A stretch of 64,000 nt of DNA, from assembly GCA_002269645.1 (NCBI GenBank), contig NIVC01001079.1:186001-250000 (forward strand). The letters run 5' to 3'. Within the stretch, counting starts at the first letter, position 1, and each line of letters opens with the position of its first letter. The position numbers and the translations under genes were made by a program. The notes below the pieces were generated by a model. That model had not been told where the DNA came from. It did not search any database and saw nothing but the letters and a program-made list of their open reading frames with translations. Positions 22,742 to 34,544 of this stretch are shown piece after piece. Source of the stretch: Macrostomum lignano (Eukaryota).

Positions 22742-25364
22742 CTAATCACTCTCCAGCTCCAAAAATTCTAACGCTTCGTTCACTTTTCCGACAACGGCTC
22801 CGCTTTGCTTCGCTGTTGAAGGCTCAAAATTGTCTTTTTCTTTGGATTTTTTCTGTTTTTTTTCCTTCTTTTTCGCTTTCTTCTCCTTGTCCGTCGGTTG
22901 TACGTCATTAGCATCCTCTGCCAAGGCCCCTTTTTTAGTCTTCGTTGATTCAGCTTTATCTTTCTCTTTTCTGCCGCCACTATCTTTGTTCTTTTCCTTC
23001 TCTTTCTTCTTCTTTTTCTTTGATTTTTCTTTTTCCTCGTCGTTCTCGGATTTGTCGTCGTCCAAAGCGCCGCCACATTTGCCGTCCTCGGCGTCGCTGC
23101 CCTCGCTGCCGCTGTTGCGGGACCGCCAACGAGGCCGGCGGATGGTCAGCTTGTCGCGGATCTTCTTGCCAACCGACTCCTGCAGCTCCGGGATGTTGTC
23201 GGCGTTACCACTGCGGCTGCTCCGGTCGGCGTCCGAGTTGGCGCCGTCGCTGTCGTTGGTGACGATCACACGGACGCCGTCGTCGCGTTGACGACGACTT
23301 AATGACAAGTCGGCGTCCGATGTCGACGAGCGTCGACGTCGATTGAGCCGGCGCTGCTGACCGGAGTCGACGCGCTCGCCCCATTCGCTGGCGCTGTCGC
23401 CGTCGACGCTGCCGTGCGCTGAGGACGCTTTGCGCTTCTCTCGGTGCTTTCTGATCTTGTTGCCCAGCTTGTAGCCGGACTCGATTGGGAACTGCACGGT
23501 TCGGCGGTGCGCGTTTTGCTATGATATATTATTTAACAGCTGATTGTCTGTTGTTGAATTTGTGAGTTCATGGCTGAATTTATGAGACAGTTTTACGGGT
23601 AAGTTCGTGAGTTCGTAAATTCACCAAGATCGTGAGGTTTTGAGTTCGCGAGTTTGTGAGTTTGTGAGTGAGTCTGCACAGATGTGAGCATTCCAGTACT
23701 TACTCGAATAACTTTGCCCATTTTCTTCAAACTCCTTTGCCTCTTCGACAGCTCTTCCGGTTCCGCCTGCAATTCGCAAGAGAATTTTCAGCAGTTTCTT
23801 AGAAAGTGTAATGACAGCCTATTTTTCTGTTGTTAGAGAATGTGAGAAAGAACACACAAAACAGCATTTAAGATACTATCGAGTCTGTTGGCTTTGCAAA
23901 TTGATACTGACTGACCCCTGGCACGGGCGATCTCGGATTGCGCCGCGACAGTCGACCAGTCGGATTCAAATTAAAGACGCCGCCGTTCGACTGGAAATGT
24001 TCATGGAAAGAACTTTTGAGCCACGGATGAGGGGTCACGGTGAGTCACGGCTAACTAACAACAAAACAAATATGTGAGGATAGGAGAGATAAGAAGGAAG
24101 GGAAGAGGAGAGAACCGAGAAGAGACACAAACCCTGAGCGGACCAAATTGCTATTGTGAAGTTTCAAAGAACCCGAGGGCCGGATAGAGAGGCTTCGCGG
24201 GGCCGGAGTTTGCCGACCCCTGACTTAGGTAGAAGCTTTACGCTTCTAAGTCTAAGCAATAAGTTCATTGCCATAAGACAGGCTACCATAAAGCAAACAA
24301 CAGCGCAGACTCACTTCATCTTCATCATTCTCATCAGCATCAGCATTATCGGTGTCTTCTCCGCTGCTCCTGCGACCTCCGCTAGCACCGTTTCTTTCCG
24401 GCTTTTTCGACCTGCTTGATGTTGCTTTCGCCGTTGCCCCTTCGGTTTTGGAGCGTTTCTTTTTGTCCTTGTCGCTCTTTTTCTTGCTGCCTTCGTCGCC
24501 GCCGCCGCTGCTGCTGCTGTCGTCGAGTTCCTCGCCATCATCGTCCCCCTCTTCCTCCTCGTCGTTGCTCCCGGCTCCGTCTTTCTCGCGTCGACGTCGC
24601 CTCGCCTCGCGCAGCTTCCGACGCGCCCGCTTCATGTAGTCCTCGCCTGCGATGATCTCATCCGGCTGCTTGAAGATCAGCCGTCGCAGCTCCATCTTCT
24701 TCTCGTGCAGCCAGGCCTTGCGCTTGGCCGGCTTGTCGCGGGCCTCCTCGAGCTCAATCTGCGACACCAGCTGGAGCATTCGCTCGCGAATGGCCTCGCT
24801 GCGGAGCTCCTGCGGGATCGAATGGTGGCCGTTTGGAGGCTTAGGCTAGATAGGGGACATTATTGGCAGTTTACATCTGAGAGACCAACTCAATGACTTG
24901 TTGTCTTAGCAATCAGTTATTATCATTGCTATTTATAGCTATTAATTTTTCTGGGGGCCTTGGTCAAGAAGAAGAAGGCACAGGTACACGTAGAAGGTAA
25001 TGTATGAATGCAGAGAGAGGGACACTGTCCTACTGCCCTTGAGGACTGTCCTCCAGTTGCGTATGCCAATGTTTTATGGAGGTATAACCAAAATATAGAT
25101 CCCCATTGAGTAGCAGTCCTAGCTTATTTCATTCACCTTCTCACGCTGTAGCAGCCATCTGGGATTTTTGTTTGAAACAATGCCGCCATCCCGAGCAGAT
25201 TTCGGCTCCTCTGCTGTTGGCGCCGCCGAATCGTCCGGCACGGTGAACAGTTTGAGAGTTTGGGCCCTGATTGGCGCGGGACCCTCCGCCGCCGCCGAGG
25301 TCCCCTGACTGGCACGGTCGATCACAGGTGAACGACCACGCCTCCGATCTTTTTTACTGCTCAT
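22742..25364 (-). CDS. Uncharacterised K/E/D/R/S-rich low-complexity protein (~557 aa, 5 exons)
   Basis: Phase-0 exons 25364-25137, 24845-24315, 23990-23916, 23766-23704 and 23518-22742, all GT-AG and jointly open. No recognisable domain. Confidence 0.7.
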
Positions 25365-25723
25365 GATGCTGCTGTTGCTGATGATGATGATGGTGTTGTT
25401 GAGTCAGAGTCGACCGACTTAGCTGTGTGCTCCTCACACTATGCTACTCTCAGTTTTGCTTACCTGAGCTTGAGCACGGCCATTTCAGCAGTCAGGCCAT
25501 CTAACTGCACTTGAGTAGAGCATGATGAAGGGTTAGAAAAGATTCTGCACTGGGACAATGATGAAGACAGTTGCAGAGTAGGCGAATTGGGGTTGGTTGG
25601 CTTTTGGACACTCTGCCCCCCACCTGGGTTCAGTGTGGTTAAATGTACTCACCACCCCTGCCTCACAGACCAGAGAAGAGTTTTTTGTGCGCGTGAGGTG
25701 TATGCCAGCAGAGCATATTCCCA

Positions 25724-25800
25724 GGCTAGCCAGACAATCCACTACACAAAAAATACGTGGCTAGCCAGGTGGCTCCACCGTGGGTCCACCTTGGCTAGCC
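25724..25800 (+). repeat. Short dispersed repeat with ggctagcc motifs (inverted second copy at 43489-43565)
   Basis: ggctagccagacaatccactacacaaaaaatac.tggctagccag occurs here and, reverse-complemented, at ~43520-43565. Confidence 0.7.
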
Positions 25801-26130
25801 CTTGCACCCGTGGACTCGGGGAATCAAATGAGTGAGTCAGACAGTTTCCCACGCTAAAAATAGCTTGTTGACGGGACCCAGCCAGGCGGCTGTGGAAAAG
25901 CAGACGCCAGAACTTGACTCGTATTGGTTGGCAAGATACATGGCACTAATTCAAAAAAAGAAAAAAAATTTTTGGCGCCATCGCGTGAGAACTAAATGCA
26001 TTGACCTTGCCAGGGCGCTAAAATGGGCGCCCAAAGGCTGAAATTGGCGCCGGTATATTAAAATCGGCGCCAAAAAGTAGCAAGCTGATATATGCTGCCA
26101 CTTCTACGCCCGTTGGCAAATTCCAGCGCT

Positions 26131-27155
26131 GATTCGGCGATCCTGGCGCCAATTTGGGGATCCTGGCGCCAAATTTAGCTTCCGGCGCCAATTCGAGCTT
26201 TCCCGCGCCAATTTGAGCTTTCCAGCGCTAGTTTGAGCTTTCCAGGGCTAGTTTGAGCTTCCTAGGGCTGGTTTGGGCCTTCTTGAGTTGATTTGGGGTT
26301 CCTGGCGCCAATTTGGGGATCCTGGCGCCAAATTTAGCTTCCGGCGCCAATTCGAGCTTTCCTGCGCCAATTTGAGCTTTCCAGCGCTAGTTTGAGCTTT
26401 CCAGGGCTAGTTTGAGCTTCCTAGGGCTGGTTTGGGCCTTCTTGAGTTGATTTGGGGTTCCTAGCGCCAATTTGGGGATCCTGGCGCCAAATTTAGCTTC
26501 CGGCGCCAATTCGAGCTTTCCCGCGCCAATTTGAGCTTTCCAGCGCTAGTTTGAGCTTTCCAGGGCTAGTTTGAGCTTCCTAGGGCTGGTTTGGGCCTTC
26601 TTGAGTTGATTTGGGGTTCCTGGCGCCAATTTGGGGATCCTGGCGCCAAATTTAGCTTCCGGCGCCAATTCGAGCTTTCCCGCGCCAATTTTAGCTTTCC
26701 AGCGCTAGTTTGAGCTTTCCAGGGCTAGTTTGAGCTTCCTAGGGCTGGTTTGGGCCTTCTTGAGTTGATTTGGGGTTCCTAGCGCCAATTTGGGGATCCT
26801 GGCGCCAAATTTAGCTTCCGGCGCCAATTCGAGCTTTCCTGCGCCAATTTGAGCTTTCCAGCGCTAGTTTGAGCTTTCCAGGGCTAGTTTGAGCTTCCTA
26901 GGGCTGGTTTGGGCCTTCTTGAGTTGATTTGGGGTTCCTGGCGCCAATTTGGGGATCCTGGCGCCAAATTTAGCTTCCGGCGCCAATTCGAGCTTTCCCG
27001 CGCCAATTTGAGCTTTCCAGCGCTAGTTTGAGCTTTCCAGGGCTAGTTTGAGCTTCCTAGGGCTGGTTTGGGCCTTCTTGAGTTGATTTGGGGTTCCTGG
27101 CGCCAAATTTAGCTTCCGGCGCCAATTCGAGCTTTCCCGCGCCAATTTGAGCTTT
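26131..27155. repeat. 159-bp tandem repeat (~6.4 copies) built from ~20-bp ggcgccaattt/gagcttt subunits
   Basis: Unit starts at 26145, 26304, 26463 and onward. Confidence 0.95.
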
Positions 27156-27271
27156 CTGTCTGTCTGTCTGTCTGTATGTCTGTCAGAGTGTGTCTGTCTG
27201 TCTGTCTGTCTGTCAGTGTCTGTCCGTCTTTCTGTCTGTCTGTCAGCGTCTGTCTGTCTGTCATGGTGTCC

Positions 27272-27302
<31 letters not shown>

Positions 27303-27677
27303 AGAGTGTCTGTCCGTCTCTCTGTCTGTCTATATATATCTGTCTATATATATCTTCGTTATCTAGATCTCAGATCTTAGATCTCAGATTCCAGATTTCA
27401 GGTCTGTCTGTCTGTCTGTATTTCTGTCTTTCTGTCTGTCTGTCTGTTTGTATGCTGGGTTTTTTTGTGCGAATGGGTGCGAATAGCATCCTGGTCTTAA
27501 AAATCGCACCCTGAAATTTGACTCAGGGTGCAAAAAGCGCACCCAAATATTTGCAAGTTTTTGTCTGCAGCAGTGCAGCGCATTCTGGTCTTGAAAATCG
27601 CACCCTGAAATCTAGCACAGGGTGCGAAATCGCACCCAAGTTATGGACGAAAAAAACCCAGTTTGTATGTCTGTCTT

Positions 27678-27710
<33 letters not shown>

Positions 27711-27981
27711 ATTTCTGTCTGTCTGTCTGTCTGTCTGTTTGTACGTCTGTCTTTCTGTCTGTCTGTCTGTCTGTATGTCTGTCTTTCTGTCTGTCTGTAT
27801 TTCTGTCTTTCTGTCTGTCTGTCTGTCTGTCTGCCTGTCAGAGTGTGTCTGTTTTTCTGTCTGTCTGTCTGTCTGTCAGAGTGTCTGTCTGTCTGTCTGT
27901 CTGTGTCTGTCAGAGTGTCTGTCCGTCTTTCTGTCTGTCTGTCTGTATGGCTGTCTTTCTGTCTGTCTGTATTTCTGTCTT

Positions 27982-28023
<42 letters not shown>

Positions 28024-28200
28024 AGAGTGTGTCTGTTTTTCTGTCCGTCTGTCTGTCTGTCTGTGTCTGTCAGAGTGTCTGTCCGTCTTTCTGTCTGTCT
28101 GTCTGTCTGTCTGTCAAAGTGTCTGTCTGTCAGAGTGTCTGTCTGTCAGAGTGTCCGTCTGTCTGTCTGTCCGTCTGTCTGTCTCTCTGTGTGTCCGTCT
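27156..28200. repeat. Degenerate (TCTG)n microsatellite blocks interrupted by aaatcgcaccc repeats
   Basis: Directly visible. The LSVC ORFs are artefacts. Confidence 0.9.
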
Positions 28201-28253
28201 GAATCTGAATCTACGATTCCTGTATATCCCATACATTCCACAATTACTTTTAG

Positions 28254-29237
28254 AATGGACACCTGCCCTCAAGGCTGAATACCAGGCTCTTACGCAGGAC
28301 GAGAAAAACGCTCTTAGGCAGAGGGCTAAAGATCGTCCGAGAGATTTTAAAAGCAGCATTCTGGTCGACTTGAAACGAGCTCAAAAATCTTTCTGCGTCG
28401 TTATTCCTCCATCCATACCAACAGATATGCCCGAATGTTACGTATCTGATGGAGTATCTTCCCGAGTTCAAGAGGAATTAACTGCAGCGGTGAAACAGCT
28501 TTCTGATATCATCAAGAAAGGAGAGGAATATTATCGAGAAGAAAAAATCGCCTCTCAAGCCCGAATGGAAGCTACGACAGAAGCATCAGTTCGAGCTGAA
28601 GCTACCGGACCTTCCAACGCTTTTCGTGATGTGAAGAAGCTGAGACTGTCAATCCAGGAGAAAGCAACGACTGCTTTCAAGAGAGCTGGAAACAGAGGCC
28701 CGATTCCATGGAAGCAAATGGAGAGTGACAAGCGAAACAAAACCAGATTTGCACGCGGAAGATTTTCTCTCGATTTCAAGTCACCCCATCATTTAAACAG
28801 GGCGGAATGTGTTCAGTTGGTTGAAAAGTTGGAAAATACGGATCTGGTATTTGTCAATTACCAACATTCTGATCTTATTGAAAGTGCAGGGCATTCGAGC
28901 GCCGCTACACCTGCCACGGCCGCTGCAACTGCTACACCTGCCACGGCCGCTGCAACTGCTACACCTGCCACGGCCGCTGCAACTGCTACACCTGCCACGG
29001 CCGCTGCAACTGCAACACCTGCCACGGCTACTGCAACACCAGCCACGAGTGCTGAAGTGAACATCCCGGCAGACAAACCTGATGAGTTTGATAACTACGA
29101 GCTTGGACCTGGAATCAGTGCTTATCGAGAATTTTTTCACATGGAAAACAGCAGTGCAACAGTGCAAGCGCAGCCGCAGGGAGCTGCTATTGTACTGACT
29201 AACGCCTGCGTCTCAAGTGTTAACAGTAATCAAACAG
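28254..29237 (+). CDS. Putative coding exon of an unknown protein with an HMG-box-like helix and an Ala/Thr/Pro repeat
   Basis: About 330 open, non-microsatellite codons between acceptor ttttag|28254 and donor cag|gtatgt. WTPALKAEYQALTQDEKNALRQRAK resembles HMG helix 3. A 27-bp ATPATAAAT repeat lies at ~28900-29050. Confidence 0.5.
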
Positions 29238-29651
29238 GTATGTCTCATTCAGCTATAGAGACGAGAGCCAATCCGACTACTATCAGTTTATTTGGCCGCT
29301 CGGCTGCTTTTCGCTATAGTTAAGCATGCATCTATTCGAATTAAGAGCCAAAAAACTGTCTGTTTTAAACTTAACTGATGTTATACTCAGTAAAGCAATC
29401 CTCAGTCTCTTTGCAAGACTGGCCGCTTTGCAGAAAATGCTGTGGCAGAAGATCTGGTTCACTGCTGTGACTTTGCCCACTTTGCAAATCAATTCTGTAT
29501 ACTTTGCTGGGGTAATTATTGTCACTTTGCATACATCCAGATCCCCACTCCTGCGTTGTGATGACCTCTGCGTGGTGCAGGAGAGGCAACAACCCTGTTC
29601 ACAAAAACACGGTTGGCTAACAATCACAGTTAGTATATAGCTAGTTAAATC

Positions 29652-29760
29652 TAGGGGGCGACCCAGTCCCGGGCCCGGGCCCGAAAAGTCGGGAATCCCG
29701 ACCAAAATCGTGGCCCGACCCGGGCCCGGGCCCGACCCTAAAAAAGTCGGGAAATCGGGA
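29652..29760. mobile_element. Possible DNA-transposon terminus (TAGGG start, cccggg/cccgac subterminal palindromes)
   Basis: GC-rich motif cluster typical of hAT-like ends. No partner end was found in the window. Confidence 0.3.
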
Positions 29761-30183
29761 CAAGTCTTTTTTCCCTAAAGGCACTAACTGCGTGCAAATA
29801 AGAATAAAATTATTTTTATTCACAGCACAGCACAACACTCAGTTAAGCATTGCATCAGCACTCAAGACTCAAGCACTGCACGACTGCAGTAATAGTAATA
29901 GATGATATGATGTGAAGTAGCAATATCATTGATTCGTAGTAGGCTCTAAGCGTGAGTGTCTGTGACCGTGAGCGTCAGCCACAGCCAGTTTCCACTTTCC
30001 AGGAAGATCGGATTTTTTCCAGGAAGATAAAATTAAAACATAGTTGATGCAATATTGATTCCACTTTACACGCTGCAGGCTGCAGGCTAAAAGCAAAAAT
30101 ATGATTCTTTAAAAAGTTGATTTGTCATTTTTAAGCTTTTGTAAATAACATTTCCTATTTACGTTCCAAGAAGTACTTATTAA

Positions 30184-31396
30184 GGGTGCGTTCGAGTGAC
30201 TTAAAATGACTTAAACTGCCATTTTAACGTCCTTAGTAAAACAAATGTTAAGCAGACTAAATGTAAAAATAATCTAGGTAAATGATAGTCAAATTACAAT
30301 TAAGAATTAATTCAATTTCTAAAACCGGTCTAAGATTAAAAAACGTCACCTATACTTCTTCCAACTCAACCTGAACGCCTAGGCACCGTTTTAACTTCGC
30401 TCGCAATTACCACATTTAATCGTAATTGAATATTTTGTATTCTTCACCTTTGTTCTATCATTTGCTTTCACGTCCTTTTGCTCAGTTCGCTGCCCGTCAT
30501 TATAGTCTTTGAATAATTGCTTAGTACTAATATTGTTTATTTATTAATTGTTATTACATAGTAGTTTATTTGGACTTGGAATATAGTCACTATTATTGTT
30601 GCTACTGTTATTATTTTTCTATTGGAGTTTTGTACTTTTTCAGCTTGGTTCTTATTCTTCAATATAGTATCTGAGTGAACTTCATGTTATAGTTTTGTCT
30701 TTCTATTTATTCCGTAGCTATTGTAATACCAAGGAATTATTCACTTTGGTTAAATCATATTATTTTATTGCTATCTGGCCTATTTTTTTTCTCATGATTC
30801 AACCAAAGTGAATAATTCCTCTGTATGATAGAAAGACAATACTATAGAAAACTATAGATACTATATTATAGAATACAATATACAATACTATACTATAGAT
30901 ACAATACTATAGAATAAATAGAAAGACAAAACTATAACATGAAGTTCACTCAGATACTATATTGAAGAATAAGAACCAAGCTGAAATAGTGACTATATTC
31001 CAAGTCCAAATAACCTACTACGTAATAACAATTAATAAATAAACAATATTAGTACTAAGCAATTATTCAAAGACTATTATGACGGGCAGCGAACTGAGCA
31101 AAAAGACGTGAAAGCAAATGATAGAACAAAGGTGAAGAATACAAAATATTCAATTACGATTAAATGTGGTAATTGCGAGCGAAGTTAAAACGGTGCCTAG
31201 GCGTTCAGGTTGAGTTGGAAGAAGTATAGGCGACGTTTTTTTAATCTTAGACCGGTTTTAGAAATTGAATTAATTCTTAATTGTAATTTGACTATCATTT
31301 ACCTAGATTATTTTTACATTTAGTCTGCTTAACATTTGTTTTACTAAGGACGTTAAAATGGCAGTTTAAGTCATTTTAAGTCACTCGAACGCACCC
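30184..31396. mobile_element. 1.2-kb foldback element, PIF/Harbinger (Tourist-like)
   Basis: TAA|gggtgcgttcgagtgac...gtcactcgaacgcaccc|TAA gives a 3-bp TAA TSD and GGG termini. Near-perfect inverted arms span ~30184-30712 and ~30912-31396. A nested hairpin lies at 30733-30819. Confidence 0.9.
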
Positions 31397-32612
31397 TAAG
31401 GGCCAAGGCTACCATTTTTCCAAGAAGTTTGCTATCTATCAGAGTTTGTAATCGTGTTCATATTTGTATTGTATTCGTAGGTAGTTGTAGTTGTAGACTC
31501 AGTATCGTATTCGTAATCATATTCGTTTAGGTAGGTAGGTGAGCAGGTAGGCAGGTATCAGCTAATTACTTGTATTTCCATTGTCTGTTTGCCTGTTCTG
31601 TTGAGACAGTTGAGTGTTGTGTTGTGTTGTCACTTCACTTGTGTTCTGTTCTGTTGTCTTGTCTTGTTGTCTTACTGAATACTGACTGTGTACATGGCTC
31701 TTTATATTGAAGCTATGTAAAGGAACTAAAAATTCAAATAAAAGAATCAATCAATTGATTTGGTTCTTACTTCCTTACTGCTTCCAATGCCAAGTGCCTT
31801 ACACTTAATGCTTCAGCTTTTCTTCTTTTTGCTTACTGCCACTGCCAGTGCCAGCCGCACTACCGCAGTGCCTGCTTGCCTACCTCACTGCCTGTTAAGT
31901 GTTAGTGTCACTGTCACTGGCACACACACAGTACTTGTGCCACACAGTGACATTGAATTTGAACTATTGAGTATATTGATATTTGAGTATTAAGTCTTTT
32001 AATGTAACTCTTATCTTATTCTGAAGTCTTAACTAATGTATTAAATAAAAATAATATTTATTATATATTTAATATAATATATTATATTTATATATTATTA
32101 TATATTTAATATATTCATATATTATAATATATTTAATGTTTATCATATATTTATTATACATTTAATATATTATATTAGATTTAATATATTAATATATTTA
32201 TTATATATTTAATAGTAATCCGCATATGCTAAAAGTATTAATATTTATTATGACTTTTTTCCAATTATTGAGCTGTCCTAAATGTATTAGAACTCACACG
32301 ACTCCAACTCCCTCTTCTCTTCTCTGTCTCCTCTTTCTTTCTACTGACTCCCTCCTCTATCGTGTATCATCTCTCTCCCATCTCCCAATGCACCCCAGCT
32401 CTCACTTCTCTCCCATTTCTTTTCCCTATTCACCCTATAGGTCACTTCTCTCCCATTTTTCCCTATTCACCCTATAGGTCACTTCTCTCCCATTTTTCCC
32501 TATTCACCCTATCTGTCACTTCTTCCATTTCTCCCATATTTAGTATATAAAAATATAAATTTCGAAAGGATTAGAATTTTATATAATAGAATTTCTGTAA
32601 TCATTTGCAGCA

Positions 32613-32990
32613 ATGGCAAAAAGGAATAAAAAGAGGGCCCCAAAAAGGGGCCCTGTTGACTGGGCCGCCGAGTCGGAGGCTGCGGCGGAGGCAGCTCCGG
32701 CGGCGGCGGAGACAGCTCCGGAGGCAGCTCCGGAGGCAGCTCCGGAGGCAGCTCCGGAGGCAGCTCCGGAGGCAGCTCCGGCGGCGGCTCCGGCGGAGGC
32801 AGCGCCGGCAGCTCCGGCGGCGGCTCCGGCGGCGGCTCCGGCGGCTCCGGCGGCGGCTCCGGCTCCAGCGGAGGCGGAGGCAGCACCGGCGGAGGCAGCA
32901 CCGGCGGAGGCGGCTGCCAGACGGCGGGCGGGCCGCCGCTGGGCCCGCGTCCGCAAACGAGAGACATTAGTACGTGCATTTGCTGCCTAA
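32613..32990 (+). other. GC-rich 12-bp repeat island forming a 125-aa ORF (basic N-terminus, (EAAP)n, basic C-terminus)
   Basis: ATG-initiated MAKRNKKRAPKRG...(EAAP)n...RRRAGRRWARVRKR. All six frames are largely open because of the repeat, so coding status is unproven. Confidence 0.3.
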
Positions 32991-34367
32991 ATCATTTCTA
33001 TATATATCTTTGCTATCTAGATCTCAGATTCCAGATTTCAGGTTCCAGATCCCAGATCTCAGATTCCAGATTTCAGGTTCCAGATCTCAGATTCCAGACA
33101 CAGTCTCAAGTTAGAATAAGCTTTACTGAGCTTTCAGATTGATGGTCATGCACTAGGACATTACATTACACAGAATTAAATTCAGCAAGCTTATTTGTGT
33201 AAATATTAATTTATTTCCAGATGCAAACCGTCGCCCGCCTGCAGCTGCTCCAAGCCCAGCTGCTGGGCCAGCTGGCTGGGTAAGATATTTTTCAAATATT
33301 GAATGCTAAAATGTATACTCCTAAATATGCAGTCTAATTTCTTTCATTTACGATTTAAATCGTAACTAGATCGGCTTCGTCTCGGCCCATCAACACAGTC
33401 CTCAGTATTGTATGTGGTCCAGATAAATCAGTCCATGGGGTGATACCTTATACATATGCAGGCTAGCAAAAGAAGGCTATAGGGCTGCAGGGATCAGAAG
33501 TGAAGCTGCTCGCAGATCGTAGGAGATTTCAGATTTTCAGGTGTAAAATCCCTCCCCCTCTATGCTAAAGACCTCATTAATTCTCAGCACTGTCAAACAC
33601 CTTTTAGATGCCCAGCAGTTCCTTCAGTGGCTGCACTGGCTGGTCCCTCAGGTCCTTCAGTGGGTGCCCCCTCAGATCCTTCAGTGGATGCCCCTTCAGA
33701 ACCCAAAATCTAAAATCTAAAATCGACACATTTCGTAGCTGTCTACTTGGAGTAGCTGGTCAGAGAAGGCATCCCCGAATCTCCAGATTTCCTGATTCTC
33801 ACATCCTTATCCCTGAATGTCATATCTTCCTATCTGATTTCCTCATGTTAATCTCAGAATAGCCTCATACACAACACAACTATAGTTTATGTATAACGTC
33901 TCTGTGCATCAAAAGCTGAGCAGTTTAGAGTTAATAAGCAATTTACTATAAATGAAATAAACAACAGTTCTCAGAGTAAAACTTACACTTGTTCTCTGGT
34001 TCTAATGTTCTCGCTATCAGAGACCTTATTCACGTCCCATCCCCGCCCCACCCGAAATATCTTGATAGAACAAATTGCGCGCCTCTCAAAAAAACTTACA
34101 TTGCGACTTTTGAACTTTACAGAAATACTGGATTCGGCTTGCGGGGCGGGCGAGGCGGGGGACGAGGACGAGGGGGACGAGGGCGAGGGGGACGAGGGCG
34201 AGGCGGCCAGCCCTTCCATCATTGGTAAGTTGCCATAGGACACCATTTGTTTTTCAACACACAAAATTTAATTTTTTGGACACATACATGTACAGTCCAG
34301 ACACCTGTACAGACACACAGAGAGACAGAAAAACACGGAGAAGGACAGATAAACGGGCAGACAGACA

Positions 34368-34445
34368 GATTCGGCGATCCTGGCGCCAATTTGGGGATCC
34401 TGGCGCCAAATTTAGCTTCCGGCGCCAATTCGAGCTTTCCCGCGC
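34368..34445 (+). repeat. Isolated 78-bp copy of the start of the 159-bp satellite
   Basis: Matches 26131-26208. Confidence 0.9.
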
Positions 34446-34544
34446 TTTTAAAGCTTTTAAAGTTAGTCTGCTTTTCGTCAGCAAGACAGCCACCCTTCCC
34501 CCAGACAAGGATCAGGTGATAGGGATAACTGTGAGGGAAAGTTG

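Noticed and set aside
26131-27155. CRISPR-like array (also considered for 38655-39297, 43779-44085 and 53005-56825)
   Set aside because: There are no unique spacers or cas genes, and the context is eukaryotic. These are head-to-tail minisatellites.
27518-28250. N-terminal half of the 601-aa ORF
   Set aside because: It is (TCTG)n microsatellite read-through. Only the part after the acceptor at 28254 looks coding.
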